Shown here: in pieces, positions 20,088 to 30,131 of the stretch
Numbering within the stretch: the first letter of the stretch is position 1
Layout: each line of letters opens with the position of its first letter
Sequence record: MK250027.1
Strand: one strand, 5' to 3'
DNA from: Prevotella phage Lak-B8
DNA: 40,000 bases
Program-made: the position numbers and the translations under genes
The notes under the pieces: generated by a model
What the model was told of the DNA's origin: nothing
The model's database searches: none
The model's input: only the letters and a program-made list of their open reading frames with translations

Positions 20088-21224
20088 TTACATAATACCT
20101 CCAAGAACATCATCAAGACTCATTCCTGCTGCTGGATTTGTAGGAGCTGATGGAGCTGGTGCACCTGCATTCAAAATAGAATCAAGTTCTCCTGTACCTA
20201 CACCAGGAATATTAGCAGCATTAAAACCACCAGGAGTTGTCTGATTCATTGATGTAGCATCACTACCCATTTCAAGACCTGTTGCTGGTGCAGATGGAAT
20301 AGGATTTGCCGGAATTCCTGGACTTACCTGCGGTTGCATAGCTGGTTGCATATAAGGATTTGCTGTAGACATTGCTGCTGGTTGCATACCGGTTGCAGCT
20401 TGCATTGAAGCCTGAGGATTTGTATAAATCTTAATACATGAATTAACAAAATTAGTTGTTTCCTGTGTCCATGCATGATACTCATAAGGTTCAAGTGAAG
20501 GACAATTCTCCTTAAGATATGTAAGAATTGTAGGTTTAATATCTGGATTTGATTCAATTACTTGCTGAGTAATTGGTTGCCATGTCTCCTGACCTTGTGC
20601 ATTCTTAACCTGAATACGAAGAGCGCCATCTGCTGGTTGAAGATCAATAAACTGTGAATCATCAAAGTTATTGAAATTAGACACCAACTTACACTTTACA
20701 TAAAATGGACGTCCAACAAACATATTAAATGGATTTCTTGGAGTTCCCATAGGTGGATTCATCTCATTGTAAATCTTCTCATGAATCTTGATACCATAAC
20801 GCCATACAAGAATCTTACCTACCAACTGAGGTTCTGACTTACATGAAAGAATCTGTACAAGTGAAGCATAACGCTGACGACGTGAAAAATGCTTTGAATT
20901 TTCTTTAAGAACAGGATTCTCACTATTACGAAGTGCAAAGAATGTATCCTGTAGAATATCTGGTTGACCAATTGTAGATGGACAATCAACTTCCATCTGT
21001 GCATTTGTCAAAGGATTCTTAAGGAATACTGTATTCTTAGAAACGATAGATTTATTTGAAGGATCCTCTGGATTTGGAATAAAGCGAATTACTGCATCAT
21101 AAACCTGTCCCTGACCCTTCTTAGCTGCAGGTTTCCATTCAATAATTTGCTGTTGCTCTACCTAAATTGTAGGAGCTGCGTTAAATAACTCATCGAGTAA
21201 ATCTTTTCCTTGTGTGTTAGCCAT
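20088..21224 (-). CDS. Single-stranded DNA-binding protein, T4 gp32-like (378 aa)
   Basis: MANTQGKDLLDELFNAAPTI(Q)VEQQQIIEWKPAAKKGQGQVYDAVIRFIPNPEDPSNKSIVSKNTVFLKN... core followed by a Pro/Ala/Gln/Met-rich tail; position next to uvsX. One in-frame TAG. Confidence 0.75.
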
Positions 21225-21338
21225 AACTTTAAAATACTTTAATTTTCTTTTTTAACTTTTACTTTAAAACTTTAATTACTTTAAATCTTTTTGTGCACTT
21301 AAACTTAAAAAATAATAAATCTTAAAATATAATAAATT

Positions 21339-21386
21339 GAACTGGCGTTATTTTTTGAGTTATTTACTTTTTAACGCCTGAAGTTC
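21339..21386. promoter_or_regulatory. Conserved-looking hairpin in the intergenic leader upstream of the gp32-like gene
   Basis: GAACTGGCGTTA ... TAACGCC(TGA)AGTTC: 12 paired positions with a 3-nt bulge, G/C-rich in an AT-rich spacer; no uridine run immediately downstream. Confidence 0.45.
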
Positions 21387-21461
21387 TAATTTATATTTTA
21401 TATATTATTTATCTAAATTTGTTTTATTTTTATTTAAAATTATCTAAAAATATTTTATATA

Positions 21462-22061
21462 TTAAAATTGTACAATATCATTAAATATCTCATAAAGGTA
21501 CTCTCTATAATTAGTAGTATCATCTACGTTTATAAGTTTCTTATTATTTAATAATGACATATAAAACGCGTTCTGAAATAGATTAAATTCTTTAATAAGA
21601 AGTTTTTCATTTGCCTATGATAGTGACATATTATCATCATGTGCTATAAGAAACTTTGATGTTCCAACTAATACATAAAGATATATATTTTCCCGCCCAA
21701 ATATATTAGATATTTTATAATCCATCACAATATTATCCTCGACAATATCTTTTGGATCTCTATTCCTATACATTGGTCCGTATACATATTCTGATACCCA
21801 TCCTCTATCTAATATTATATAATCATATTCTCCTAAATCATAAAAAGACTTTAATGTATTTACAAGATTTGTCGTATAATAATTATGCGAATATTCCGGT
21901 ATCTCTTCTTCTAATATTTCAGAAGGTGGTTTCTATAGATGTATTGTATGAATTTTCATTTTTAACTAATCCTATAATACAGATGTAAGTCTATTAATTA
22001 ATGTAGTCTTACCTGTATTATCCATACCATCTATAATAATAAGTTTTGTCGTATTATCCAT
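21462..22061 (-). CDS. Thymidylate kinase-like P-loop kinase (199 aa)
   Basis: MDNTTKLIIIDGMDNTGKTTLINRLTSVL(Q)D(Q)LKMKIHTIHL(Q)KPP...YDYIILDRGWVSEYVYGPMYRNRD...LYVLVG. The standard-code track misses it (4 in-frame TAGs). Confidence 0.8.
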
Positions 22062-22063
22062 AA

Positions 22064-22909
22064 TTAAGAAAAATAATAATTTATGCGTATGTTTTCTGAT
22101 GATATATAACCATATGTTTCATCAACCAAATGATGGATAATTGTAATCTCATCATTTAATGTTTGAATATCATTGAATTCCTCTTCAAATAAAGTATCGA
22201 TATTTACTTCATAATCATATCCTTCATCATCTTCTAATGTTATGTTATCATTATTTTCTTTATTTGTAGATGAATCTTCGGATATATCTTCACCATTCAA
22301 CTTACTATATATTTTATCTACTTTTTCATCTATAGTCTTAAGTTGATTATTGAAAATGGTATCTTTTATCTTATTCTTGAATTCTTCAATTTCCCTATTA
22401 TATATTGAACATAATTCTGATAATAATACATTAGTTCTATTATAGATATATTTGTCATCTAAATCTAATTCCTTTCTTGTTTCTTCGGAGCAATCATCAG
22501 GAATTCCTCTCTCTGCAATATTATACTTATCCGAATACCATTGAGAAAGATATACATCTCTTATTGAACCTCCATTATCATAATAGTATGTTTTCCTCTT
22601 TAATTCTGTTTTATCAACCAAAAAATCAGGTTTATCAGTTTTGTCATGAATATTATTTGGAACCCAATATTTAAATAAATTCCATTTATAATCACATGTT
22701 TTCATTTTTATCCAATGCTCAGGAATTCCATCTATTTCATGCGCAATATGATATTGTCTATATGGATATTCAGAATCTGAATTAACCTTATAAATTGACC
22801 AAGGTTTTAGTGTTTTCTTATCTAACTTATCTAAATCCTTCTCTTGCCATACATATCCATCAATCTCTGGAAGTCTTACTTCTATTACTCTTGTTACATA
22901 TGTGCTCAC
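22064..22909 (-). CDS. Hypothetical protein (281 aa)
   Basis: Intact ORF of good composition with an acidic C-terminus; no family recognised. Confidence 0.65.
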   Translation of the reverse strand: MSTYVTRVIEVRLPEIDGYVWQEKDLDKLDKKTLKPWSIYKVNSDSEYPYRQYHIAHEIDGIPEHWIKMKTCDYKWNLFKYWVPNNIHDKTDKPDFLVDKTELKRKTYYYDNGGSIRDVYLSQWYSDKYNIAERGIPDDCSEETRKELDLDDKYIYNRTNVLLSELCSIYNREIEEFKNKIKDTIFNNQLKTIDEKVDKIYSKLNGEDISEDSSTNKENNDNITLEDDEGYDYEVNIDTLFEEEFNDIQTLNDEITIIHHLVDETYGYISSENIRINYYFS

Positions 22910-23005
22910 TTTATTAAAAATATAATTTTTCTATATTTTATATTTCTATTAATTACTAAAGTTTTATTGAATAAATAAATTATAAGAAAAAAAAAAAACT
23001 AAATT

Positions 23006-23383
23006 ATGAATACAAGAAATAAGAAAGCTTTATATGAAAGTATAATGAAGAGTGTTTCAAAAACAGTGAAAAGAAAACTTAATGAAGATGCTGATTTTGA
23101 AGCAGATGAATTACTTGATACATTAACTGATGATGATGTATTTTATATTATGGAAGAGAGTACAGCTCGTAGATTACGTAATCAAATGTCAAGTCGTGGT
23201 AAATGTTTTACTATAGAAGATAAAGTTGTATTTGTACCATCTATTGATGATCAGAATTTTTATGTTCAACTTAATCAAGTATTAATAAAAAATAACGATT
23301 ATAATTTCTTTACTGTTGCAACATGTGCAACAGATGGAGACGACCTTATTGGAAATATACGTATGTATTGCAATTTAATTTAA
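23006..23383 (+). CDS. Hypothetical protein (125 aa)
   Basis: Intact ORF followed by a strong terminator. Confidence 0.65.
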   Translation: MNTRNKKALYESIMKSVSKTVKRKLNEDADFEADELLDTLTDDDVFYIMEESTARRLRNQMSSRGKCFTIEDKVVFVPSIDDQNFYVQLNQVLIKNNDYNFFTVATCATDGDDLIGNIRMYCNLI

Positions 23384-23393
23384 TTTATAAAAT

Positions 23394-23436
23394 ATTATGG
23401 TGATTACTATGTTTAAGTAATCACCATAATTCTTTT
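23394..23436 (+). terminator. Intrinsic terminator
   Basis: ATTATGGTGATTAC - loop - GTAATCACCATAAT then TCTTTTT. Confidence 0.9.
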
Positions 23437-23468
23437 TAAATAAATATTTAAAATACATATTTTCTAAT

Positions 23469-24656
23469 ATGGAACTTAATGAAGTAAATACTATTATAGA
23501 AAAAATATATCCAAATCAAATAAACTTAAAATCATTCGATTTTAAGAAAAAATTAAATCCAAAGATTTGGAAAAATGGTAAGTTAAAAGGTAATATAAGA
23601 AAACGTTTATTAAAGATAGCACAAGAATTTATTGAGACAACTGAATTAAATATAATTCCAGTTGATATTGTTATTGTCGGTTCCATAGCATCTTATAACT
23701 GGTCTAAATATTCAGATATTGATTTACATGTAATTGTTGACTTCAAACAATTAAATGATAATGTAGATTTAGTGAAGAATTATCTTTATTCAAAGAAATG
23801 TGAATGGAATGATAAACATGGTAATATAAAAATATATGGTTATGATGTTGAATTATATGCGTAGGATATAAGTGAATAGAATGAAAGTAATGGTATTTAT
23901 TCTATTAAATATAGTCATTGGTTAAAAATTCCTGCATATAAGCATAAGCAATTAGATAAAAATGCAATCAGAGAAATTGCATCTATGTATATTAATAAGA
24001 TAGAATATTATAACAGGAAATTTGATGAATTAAACAGTGATAAAGCTATTTTGTTATTATAGTCAAAAGTAGATTATTTATATGATTAGATTATTCAAGG
24101 AAGAAAGAAATCATTACCGGTTGATGGTGAATAGGCAACAGGAAATATTGTATTCAAAGTATTAAGAAGAAGTGGTCATCTTGAGATGATTAATAAATTA
24201 AAAACAAAATTATTTGACAAAATTAATTCAATAGAAGAAACATTTAAAGTTGATGATTCTTTACTTAAAGTAGAAGCAAATGATATAAATGAAGGTATAG
24301 ACATTAAAAAATATTTAAAGAAATTTTGTTTAACAGCAGCACTCGCAACATCTATATTTACAAATGCTAATGCAGTCGAGACTGTAAGTAATAATTCTAC
24401 TATTGTATAGAATACTCAAGAGCTTGTATAGGTTGGAGAAAGAGAAACAAATTATGATAACATTATAGAAGTATCAGGAATTTCAAGGGATGAAATGTTT
24501 GCTATGAATAAAGCAAATGCACAAGCTATTAATAAATGTGTATAGTTAAATAAAGAAAATAATAATGCAAATGCAAAAATAATTAATATAAAAAAATTTT
24601 ACAACAAATAGAAATAGAGTTATAAAATTGTATATATAATAGGTTATAATAATTAA
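23469..24656 (+). CDS. Nucleotidyltransferase-like protein with a C-terminal extension (395 aa)
   Basis: IVIVGSIASYNWSKYSDIDLHVIVDF (GS...DxD NTase motif). With TAG=Q the frame is continuous through 23864 and 24186-24410 to a TAA at 24654. The C-terminal part contains a hydrophobic stretch FCLTAALATSIFTNANA. Confidence 0.75.
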
Positions 24657-24659
24657 AAT

Positions 24660-24704
24660 ATTTGGGATTTAGAATTATGAATTCTAAATCCCAAATTTCT
24701 TTTT
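24660..24704. terminator. Bidirectional intrinsic terminator
   Basis: ATTTGGGATTTAGAATT-ATG-AATTCTAAATCCCAAAT followed by TTCTTTTT. Confidence 0.9.
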
Positions 24705-25101
24705 AAGATGTTCTAATAACTGAATATACCCATCCTACATTACTGAAATCAACATATACCTGCGAACTTCCTGAAGGATCTATACGTAGTCTAACAGTTC
24801 CTTTATCTGAATCTTGGTCAATTACATAAAAAGTAACCTGCCTGCCACCTTTTGAATCCGTATAAGCATTACCAGTTTTATAAACTTTATATACTTGTGT
24901 CTTTGGACTGTAAATTGTAATAACATCAGTATTAAGGTTAAAAGTAATTACAAGACTTGAACTTTGCCAATCACCCCAATAATAAGTTCCATTATAAATC
25001 TTCGCCTCTGCGAATGCGGTTGTCTTATAATATTGAATCTGAGCGTTTGATGATATTACAAAACTAAACATCATCAAAAATAAAATTAAAAACTTTTTCA
25101 T
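24703..25101 (-). CDS. Small secreted protein with signal peptide (132 aa)
   Basis: MKKFLILFLMMFSFVISSNAQ signal peptide. Confidence 0.7.
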   Translation of the reverse strand: MKKFLILFLMMFSFVISSNAQIQYYKTTAFAEAKIYNGTYYWGDWQSSSLVITFNLNTDVITIYSPKTQVYKVYKTGNAYTDSKGGRQVTFYVIDQDSDKGTVRLRIDPSGSSQVYVDFSNVGWVYSVIRTS

Positions 25102-25103
25102 AA

Positions 25104-25433
25104 TTAAAATATTTTCTTAAATAATCTTTTTATAAATGAATCTTTATTTTCTTTTTTATATTTTATAATTTCTGTTATATTAGATATATCAACGCCAAAA
25201 AGATAATCATCATTTTCAAACAATAATGTTACGCAATCATATATTGTACATATATCTGTTTTATTATCGTTTGTAAATTTTAATAAAACTCTTTCATTAG
25301 GATCATCTATTTTTTGTAATGCTTTCTTATAATTAATATATGATTTACTTTCAAGTTTAATAACTTCTGCTGGATATTTAGATATATTAGTCATTACTTC
25401 ATCACCAATATGTAAATCTTCTAACTTTATCAT
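25104..25433 (-). CDS. Hypothetical protein (109 aa)
   Basis: Intact ORF, tightly packed between neighbours. Confidence 0.6.
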   Translation of the reverse strand: MIKLEDLHIGDEVMTNISKYPAEVIKLESKSYINYKKALQKIDDPNERVLLKFTNDNKTDICTIYDCVTLLFENDDYLFGVDISNITEIIKYKKENKDSFIKRLFKKIF

Positions 25434-25436
25434 AAT

Positions 25437-26414
25437 TTACTTAAGTAATAAAATTTCTTTTAACAATTCATTTATAAGATGACTTTTATATTCACTATTG
25501 TATGTAGAATTATGTTTACTCATAATTACTTTATTAATATATGCTATAATATCCAAAAATTTATCTTCATGTCTCTTATCATTAAGAAAATCTGATAAAG
25601 CATTATAAATCACCTTATTATTATACTTATACTTATCACTAAATATAAAGTTAATTAAAGATTCAAATGAATTTGTGTCTTTTTCTGTTGCATTATCACC
25701 TAATACAAACTTAATAATCTTATTAATATCTTTTGTTATTAATTGATCATCTTCTTTTACTGTAACAGGATTCTTTAATAATCCTCTTTTTCCTCTATAT
25801 GTTTTATGTCTTAAAAATAATCCTTTATCATATGTCAATGTATATTTCCAGTAATCCAATACTTGTTGTTCACCATAATGATTTACTTCCTGAACAATAT
25901 CATCTACACAAGTTTCCACTCTTCCTGCTAATGCAATAAGTAAATTCGTCCTATATAAGCCTTTAAAATTAGATTCATTTTTCTTATAATCGGGAGAATG
26001 ATACATAAACTTTGTATATTTCAAATCATTAGAAAACATCAAATCAACCTGAACTAATTTATATGGTTCATTATTTAAAGAATATTCTAATCCAAATGAA
26101 ATAAGATGAAATCCAGAACTTACTTTAATTTGTGTATCATATATATTAGTATCACAAATATAATTTTTAATACAATCTGAAACCATTTTAATGTTATCAT
26201 CATTAAATTCAAGTTCAATTGCAATATCAATATCACCTGAATAATCATCTGGATTTTTCTTTCCTGTTGATCCTAATGTACATGTATTAAAATGAACTAT
26301 ATTTCCATCTTTATCTTTGCATGAACTATTTAATTTCTTAATAACATGACTTGCTATATATTCAGCGTCCTTACCTTTAATAGGTTGAGACCCTTTAATT
26401 GCCATTCCACTCAT
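25437..26414 (-). CDS. Nucleotidyltransferase-like protein (325 aa)
   Basis: TLGSTGKKNPDDYSGDIDIAIELE (GS...DxD NTase core). Confidence 0.65.
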   Translation of the reverse strand: MSGMAIKGSQPIKGKDAEYIASHVIKKLNSSCKDKDGNIVHFNTCTLGSTGKKNPDDYSGDIDIAIELEFNDDNIKMVSDCIKNYICDTNIYDTQIKVSSGFHLISFGLEYSLNNEPYKLVQVDLMFSNDLKYTKFMYHSPDYKKNESNFKGLYRTNLLIALAGRVETCVDDIVQEVNHYGEQQVLDYWKYTLTYDKGLFLRHKTYRGKRGLLKNPVTVKEDDQLITKDINKIIKFVLGDNATEKDTNSFESLINFIFSDKYKYNNKVIYNALSDFLNDKRHEDKFLDIIAYINKVIMSKHNSTYNSEYKSHLINELLKEILLLK

Positions 26415-26505
26415 AATTAATAATATAAAATATATTTAATAGTTATAAAAAACAAACACTAAAAAGTTTTATATAATTAAAAATTTAAATTTTATTTGAA
26501 GTTAC

Positions 26506-28056
26506 ATGAATGTAAATTTAATTGTTGCAGTAGATGAAAAAACCATGGGTATCGGTAAAAATGGAAGAATTCCATGGTCTAATAAAAATGATATGAAATG
26601 GTTTAAAGAAACTACAATAGGTCAAGGTAATAATTCCATTATTATGGGAAGAACTACATATGAGTCTATTGGTAAACCATTGAAAGATAGAATTAATATT
26701 GTAATTACACATCAAGATATTCAAATTCCGGATTGTTATGTATGTCATTCAATAGAAGAAGGTATTGAAAAATCAAAAGAACTTAAAGTTGATTCTGCAT
26801 TTATTATCGGTGGTGGATCAATTTATAGGGAATCATTAGAAAAGAATCTTATTGATATATTGTATATCGATTATTTAGATACAGGTTTAACTGAAGATAG
26901 ATTTGATACCTTCTTTAATGTTGATTTAACAAATTTTAATGAATCATTAATATTAAATAAACATAATTATCCAGATAATATATGCCCTATTGTTTTTTAT
27001 AATAATAAAAGCAAAATAGTTCCATGTGAATGTTTTGATTATACATATCTTCGATTAATGGATAATATTATTGAATGTGGTCAAACTAAACATACACGTG
27101 CAGGAGATACATTGTCTTTATTTGCAAGAATGATGTCTTTTGATTTAAGAAATGGTTTGCCTATTTTAACAACTAAAAAAGTTTATTCTAAAGGATGTAT
27201 TCATGAACTTCTTTGGATTCTTCATGGTGATACAAACATTAAGTATCTTGTAGATAATAATACTCATATTTGGGATGATGATGCTTATAGATATTATCTT
27301 CAAAAGTTTGAATCTGATAAAAGTAAAGATGAACAAACAACTAAGGAGCAGTTTATAAATAGGGTTATTAAACAAGATGTTATCCATTATATAGAAGATG
27401 GAGATATGTATAGTAAAACATATATATTTGGTGATTTAGGTCCTGTATACGGAAAACAATGGGTTGATTGGAATGGAATAAATCAAGTTCAAGAACTTAT
27501 TCATAAGTTGAAAACAAATCCAGATGATAGACGATTAATGATCTCTGCATGGAATGTAGGTGAAATTAAAGATATGGCATTACCTCCATGTCATTATTTG
27601 TCTCAATGGTATGTAACAGAGATGACTAATAAACAAAGAAATGATGAATATAAGAAAAGATATAATGTTAATGAGAATCTTTCTGATAGAGAATTAGATG
27701 AACTTAATATTCCCCATCAATATTTAAGTTGTATGTGGATGCAACGTTCAGTTGATACATGTCTTGGACTCCCATATGATTTATTAAGTTATTCTATTTT
27801 AACACATCTTATCGCACAAGTATGTAATATGGTACCATATGAAGTAAAATGTTCATTAGGTGATTGCCATATTTATAAGAATCAATTAGATGGAGCGATT
27901 AAGCAAGTTCAAAGAAATCCATTTAAATATAAACCTGCACATCTTGAACTTAATAAAGATATTAAAGATATAAATGATTTTAAATATGAAGATATTAAGA
28001 TTGTAGATTATGAATCATATTCAGTAATTAAATATCCTCTTTCTGTAGGACTTTAA
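26506..28056 (+). CDS. Bifunctional dihydrofolate reductase - thymidylate synthase (516 aa)
   Basis: DHFR: MGIGKNGRIPWSNKNDMKWFKETT...SIIMGRTTYESIG...SAFIIGGGSIY. TS: HTRAGDTLSLFARMMSFDLRNGLPILTTKKV...YGKQWVDW...ALPPCHYLSQWY...MQRSVDTCLGLPYDLLSYS...LGDCHIYKN. No in-frame TAG. Confidence 0.95.
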   Translation: MNVNLIVAVDEKTMGIGKNGRIPWSNKNDMKWFKETTIGQGNNSIIMGRTTYESIGKPLKDRINIVITHQDIQIPDCYVCHSIEEGIEKSKELKVDSAFIIGGGSIYRESLEKNLIDILYIDYLDTGLTEDRFDTFFNVDLTNFNESLILNKHNYPDNICPIVFYNNKSKIVPCECFDYTYLRLMDNIIECGQTKHTRAGDTLSLFARMMSFDLRNGLPILTTKKVYSKGCIHELLWILHGDTNIKYLVDNNTHIWDDDAYRYYLQKFESDKSKDEQTTKEQFINRVIKQDVIHYIEDGDMYSKTYIFGDLGPVYGKQWVDWNGINQVQELIHKLKTNPDDRRLMISAWNVGEIKDMALPPCHYLSQWYVTEMTNKQRNDEYKKRYNVNENLSDRELDELNIPHQYLSCMWMQRSVDTCLGLPYDLLSYSILTHLIAQVCNMVPYEVKCSLGDCHIYKNQLDGAIKQVQRNPFKYKPAHLELNKDIKDINDFKYEDIKIVDYESYSVIKYPLSVGL

Positions 28057-28062
28057 AAAATT

Positions 28063-28100
28063 AAAGGATGAAACTAAAAATCAAGTTTCATCCTTTTTAT
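28063..28100. terminator. Bidirectional intrinsic terminator between convergent genes
   Basis: AAAGGATGAAACT...AGTTTCATCCTTTTTATTT. Confidence 0.9.
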
Positions 28101-28356
28101 TTACAATATATTGTACAATTTCTTTATTAATCTTTTTCTTAGGAATAATATGATACTTATCACATATTGGACATTCGCATATAACATAAAATTGCTTTAA
28201 TTTTACATGTTGTAAATATGATTGTTGTTTTAATGCTATTTCTGCTTTATGCTTTGATTCATAAGATTTCTTTACTTTTGATTGACTTCCATTAAGAAAC
28301 GAATAATAATGTATCTGATTACTAGTTAAATTAAAATCTACATTTTTTTCACTCAT
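28081..28356 (-). CDS. Hypothetical protein with CxxC-like motif (91 aa)
   Basis: CECPICDKYHIIPKK; short basic ORF. Confidence 0.6.
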   Translation of the reverse strand: MSEKNVDFNLTSNQIHYYSFLNGSQSKVKKSYESKHKAEIALKQQSYLQHVKLKQFYVICECPICDKYHIIPKKKINKEIVQYIVNKKDET

Positions 28357-28390
28357 TTTATTTTTCTTTAATAAAACATTAAAATTTTAA

Positions 28391-28894
28391 TCAATTTAAT
28401 CCAATTTTTCTTAATTTTTTATATAAATTTCGATAAAAAATTTCAACCAGTACATGGTATCTGTTATTATCATTTTCCCCTATAATTTCATTAAAATAAT
28501 CTGAATATTTCTCTGCTATTTGTTTCACATATTCACTTTCATTTTTCTTATATATTTCATATTGTGCATCTATTTCTTGCCTTGCATTCCTTGGACAATT
28601 TGATTTTGTATAATGTGAACATTCCCAATCTATAACAGTTGCTTCAAAATCATAATCATCACATTTATGATATTTTCCCATATGTAAGAAATAATATTCC
28701 GGATGGTGTTTATTATGAAATCTATGAAATTTTTGTAATGTTTTATATGGTAAAATTAATTTCAAAAATGGTTTTTCTATATCATGAAATAGATATTTAA
28801 ATTTCCAACATTTTTGATTTAACGCTACCATGTTAAATGCGCACCAATGTGCAAACCAATATTTAAATGAACTTCTTTCTGCTTTACTAAACAT
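28391..28894 (-). CDS. DUF5662-like protein (167 aa)
   Basis: Conserved-looking FHDIEKP...HNKHHPEYY...ATVIDWECSHYTK. Confidence 0.6.
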   Translation of the reverse strand: MFSKAERSSFKYWFAHWCAFNMVALNQKCWKFKYLFHDIEKPFLKLILPYKTLQKFHRFHNKHHPEYYFLHMGKYHKCDDYDFEATVIDWECSHYTKSNCPRNARQEIDAQYEIYKKNESEYVKQIAEKYSDYFNEIIGENDNNRYHVLVEIFYRNLYKKLRKIGLN

Positions 28895-28968
28895 ATTTTA
28901 TAATACTAATTTAAGTTAAAAATAAAAAGGAAGAAAAACATTATAAAATGCAATTCTTCCTATATCTA

Positions 28969-29322
28969 TTAATAAAATTTTTCTGCTGTTATATCAGTTA
29001 TTTTAGCATCTGAAACAACAATATAAATTTTTGAATTTATTTCTTGTTCTGGATCCTCTATAAAGTCAAACCTAATTACCTTATAAGGAATTAATGTTGT
29101 TTGTTCTTTATTTGGTGCCCATATAATTGAGCCTTCATTTGGAAGAATATCTGGATGAAAATCGCATATATGTATAATTTCTGGAATATCTTGATCTTCT
29201 TGAATATCATATTTTATTATACATATGTTTGTCTTCTTTTGTTTTAAATTATTATCAATAATTTCTTTTTCTATTTCTTCCTCTTGCTCAAATTCTGTTT
29301 TCTTTTTCTTAAACCACTTCAT
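28969..29322 (-). CDS. Hypothetical protein (117 aa), tail/baseplate cluster
   Basis: Intact ORF in a tightly packed same-strand cluster. Confidence 0.6.
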   Translation of the reverse strand: MKWFKKKKTEFEQEEEIEKEIIDNNLKQKKTNICIIKYDIQEDQDIPEIIHICDFHPDILPNEGSIIWAPNKEQTTLIPYKVIRFDFIEDPEQEINSKIYIVVSDAKITDITAEKFY

Positions 29323-29327
29323 AATAA

Positions 29328-29720
29328 TTAATCAATAGGTTCCCAAAGAATACTTTGCTTGCTTGCGTCCTCAATAAGTTCCATAAGTGGTCGTGCATGT
29401 TTAAAATCAAGATTTGCAATAAATGAAACAATCTTATCCATTTCTTCAACAGGCATTCTATCAGACTTCTGCTCTACGTACTTAACTAAATCAATAAGCT
29501 TAATCTGATCCTTATTAGAATTCTTAAGAATTGTAGCATATGGAAGTGTATCAACAACATCATGGAATAACATCATGAATTTTGGTGTACACTTAATCAA
29601 TTTCTCATATGTTTTTGTCTCTGGCTCTGGCATATCCGAATCATCATCTATCACAATATCCTCTGGATCAATAGTTGTATCTAAATTCTTTAAATCTTCT
29701 TTTATATTCTTATTACTCAT
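29328..29720 (-). CDS. Hypothetical protein (130 aa), tail/baseplate cluster
   Basis: Intact ORF in a tightly packed same-strand cluster. Confidence 0.6.
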   Translation of the reverse strand: MSNKNIKEDLKNLDTTIDPEDIVIDDDSDMPEPETKTYEKLIKCTPKFMMLFHDVVDTLPYATILKNSNKDQIKLIDLVKYVEQKSDRMPVEEMDKIVSFIANLDFKHARPLMELIEDASKQSILWEPID

Positions 29721-29735
29721 TTTTCTATATTATCG

Positions 29736-30131
29736 TTATATTTTCGGTATATTAAAATTAGGCATACTTGGTGGTGTAAAATTATTTGTAATACTTGAAG
29801 GATTATTCATTTGATTTTTAAAATCATTCATATTATAACGACTTTGCATATTTGTCATTTGTTTTTCCATTCGTTGACTTTCTTCATTATTCTGTTTTTC
29901 TTGTTGTTCCATATTTTCTTTATATACATCAAGAATTGTAAGAATTTCAAAAAATGCCATATCTTTAACATCAGAAAAACTTAAATTCATTTCTTTTGAA
30001 AGAACATAAACTATATGCATCAAATCATCATATGGTATCTTAAATAACTCATGTATTTGTGAAAAATCAGAACACTACCAATATAATCCCCATATATCTG
30101 TTTGTTTTAAAAACTTATAATTCCAAGTATT
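29736..30131 (-). CDS. Candidate frameshift extension / downstream tail-assembly ORF
   Basis: The open frame begins exactly at the end of the upstream ORF: NTWNYKFLKQTDIWGLYW(Q)CSDFSQIHELFKIPYDDLMHIVYVLSKEMNLSFSDVKDMAFFEILTILDVYKENMEQQ... No ATG before the MHIVYV methionine. Confidence 0.6.

Noticed and set aside
20324-21004. Alternative - frame ORFs (20324-20557, 20819-21004)
   Set aside because: Out-of-frame translation of the gp32-like gene.
21752-21988. + strand ORF of 78 aa
   Set aside because: Antisense to the TAG-readthrough thymidylate kinase-like gene.
22477-22674. + strand ORF of 65 aa
   Set aside because: Antisense to the 281-aa ORF; Leu/Tyr/His-rich shadow composition.
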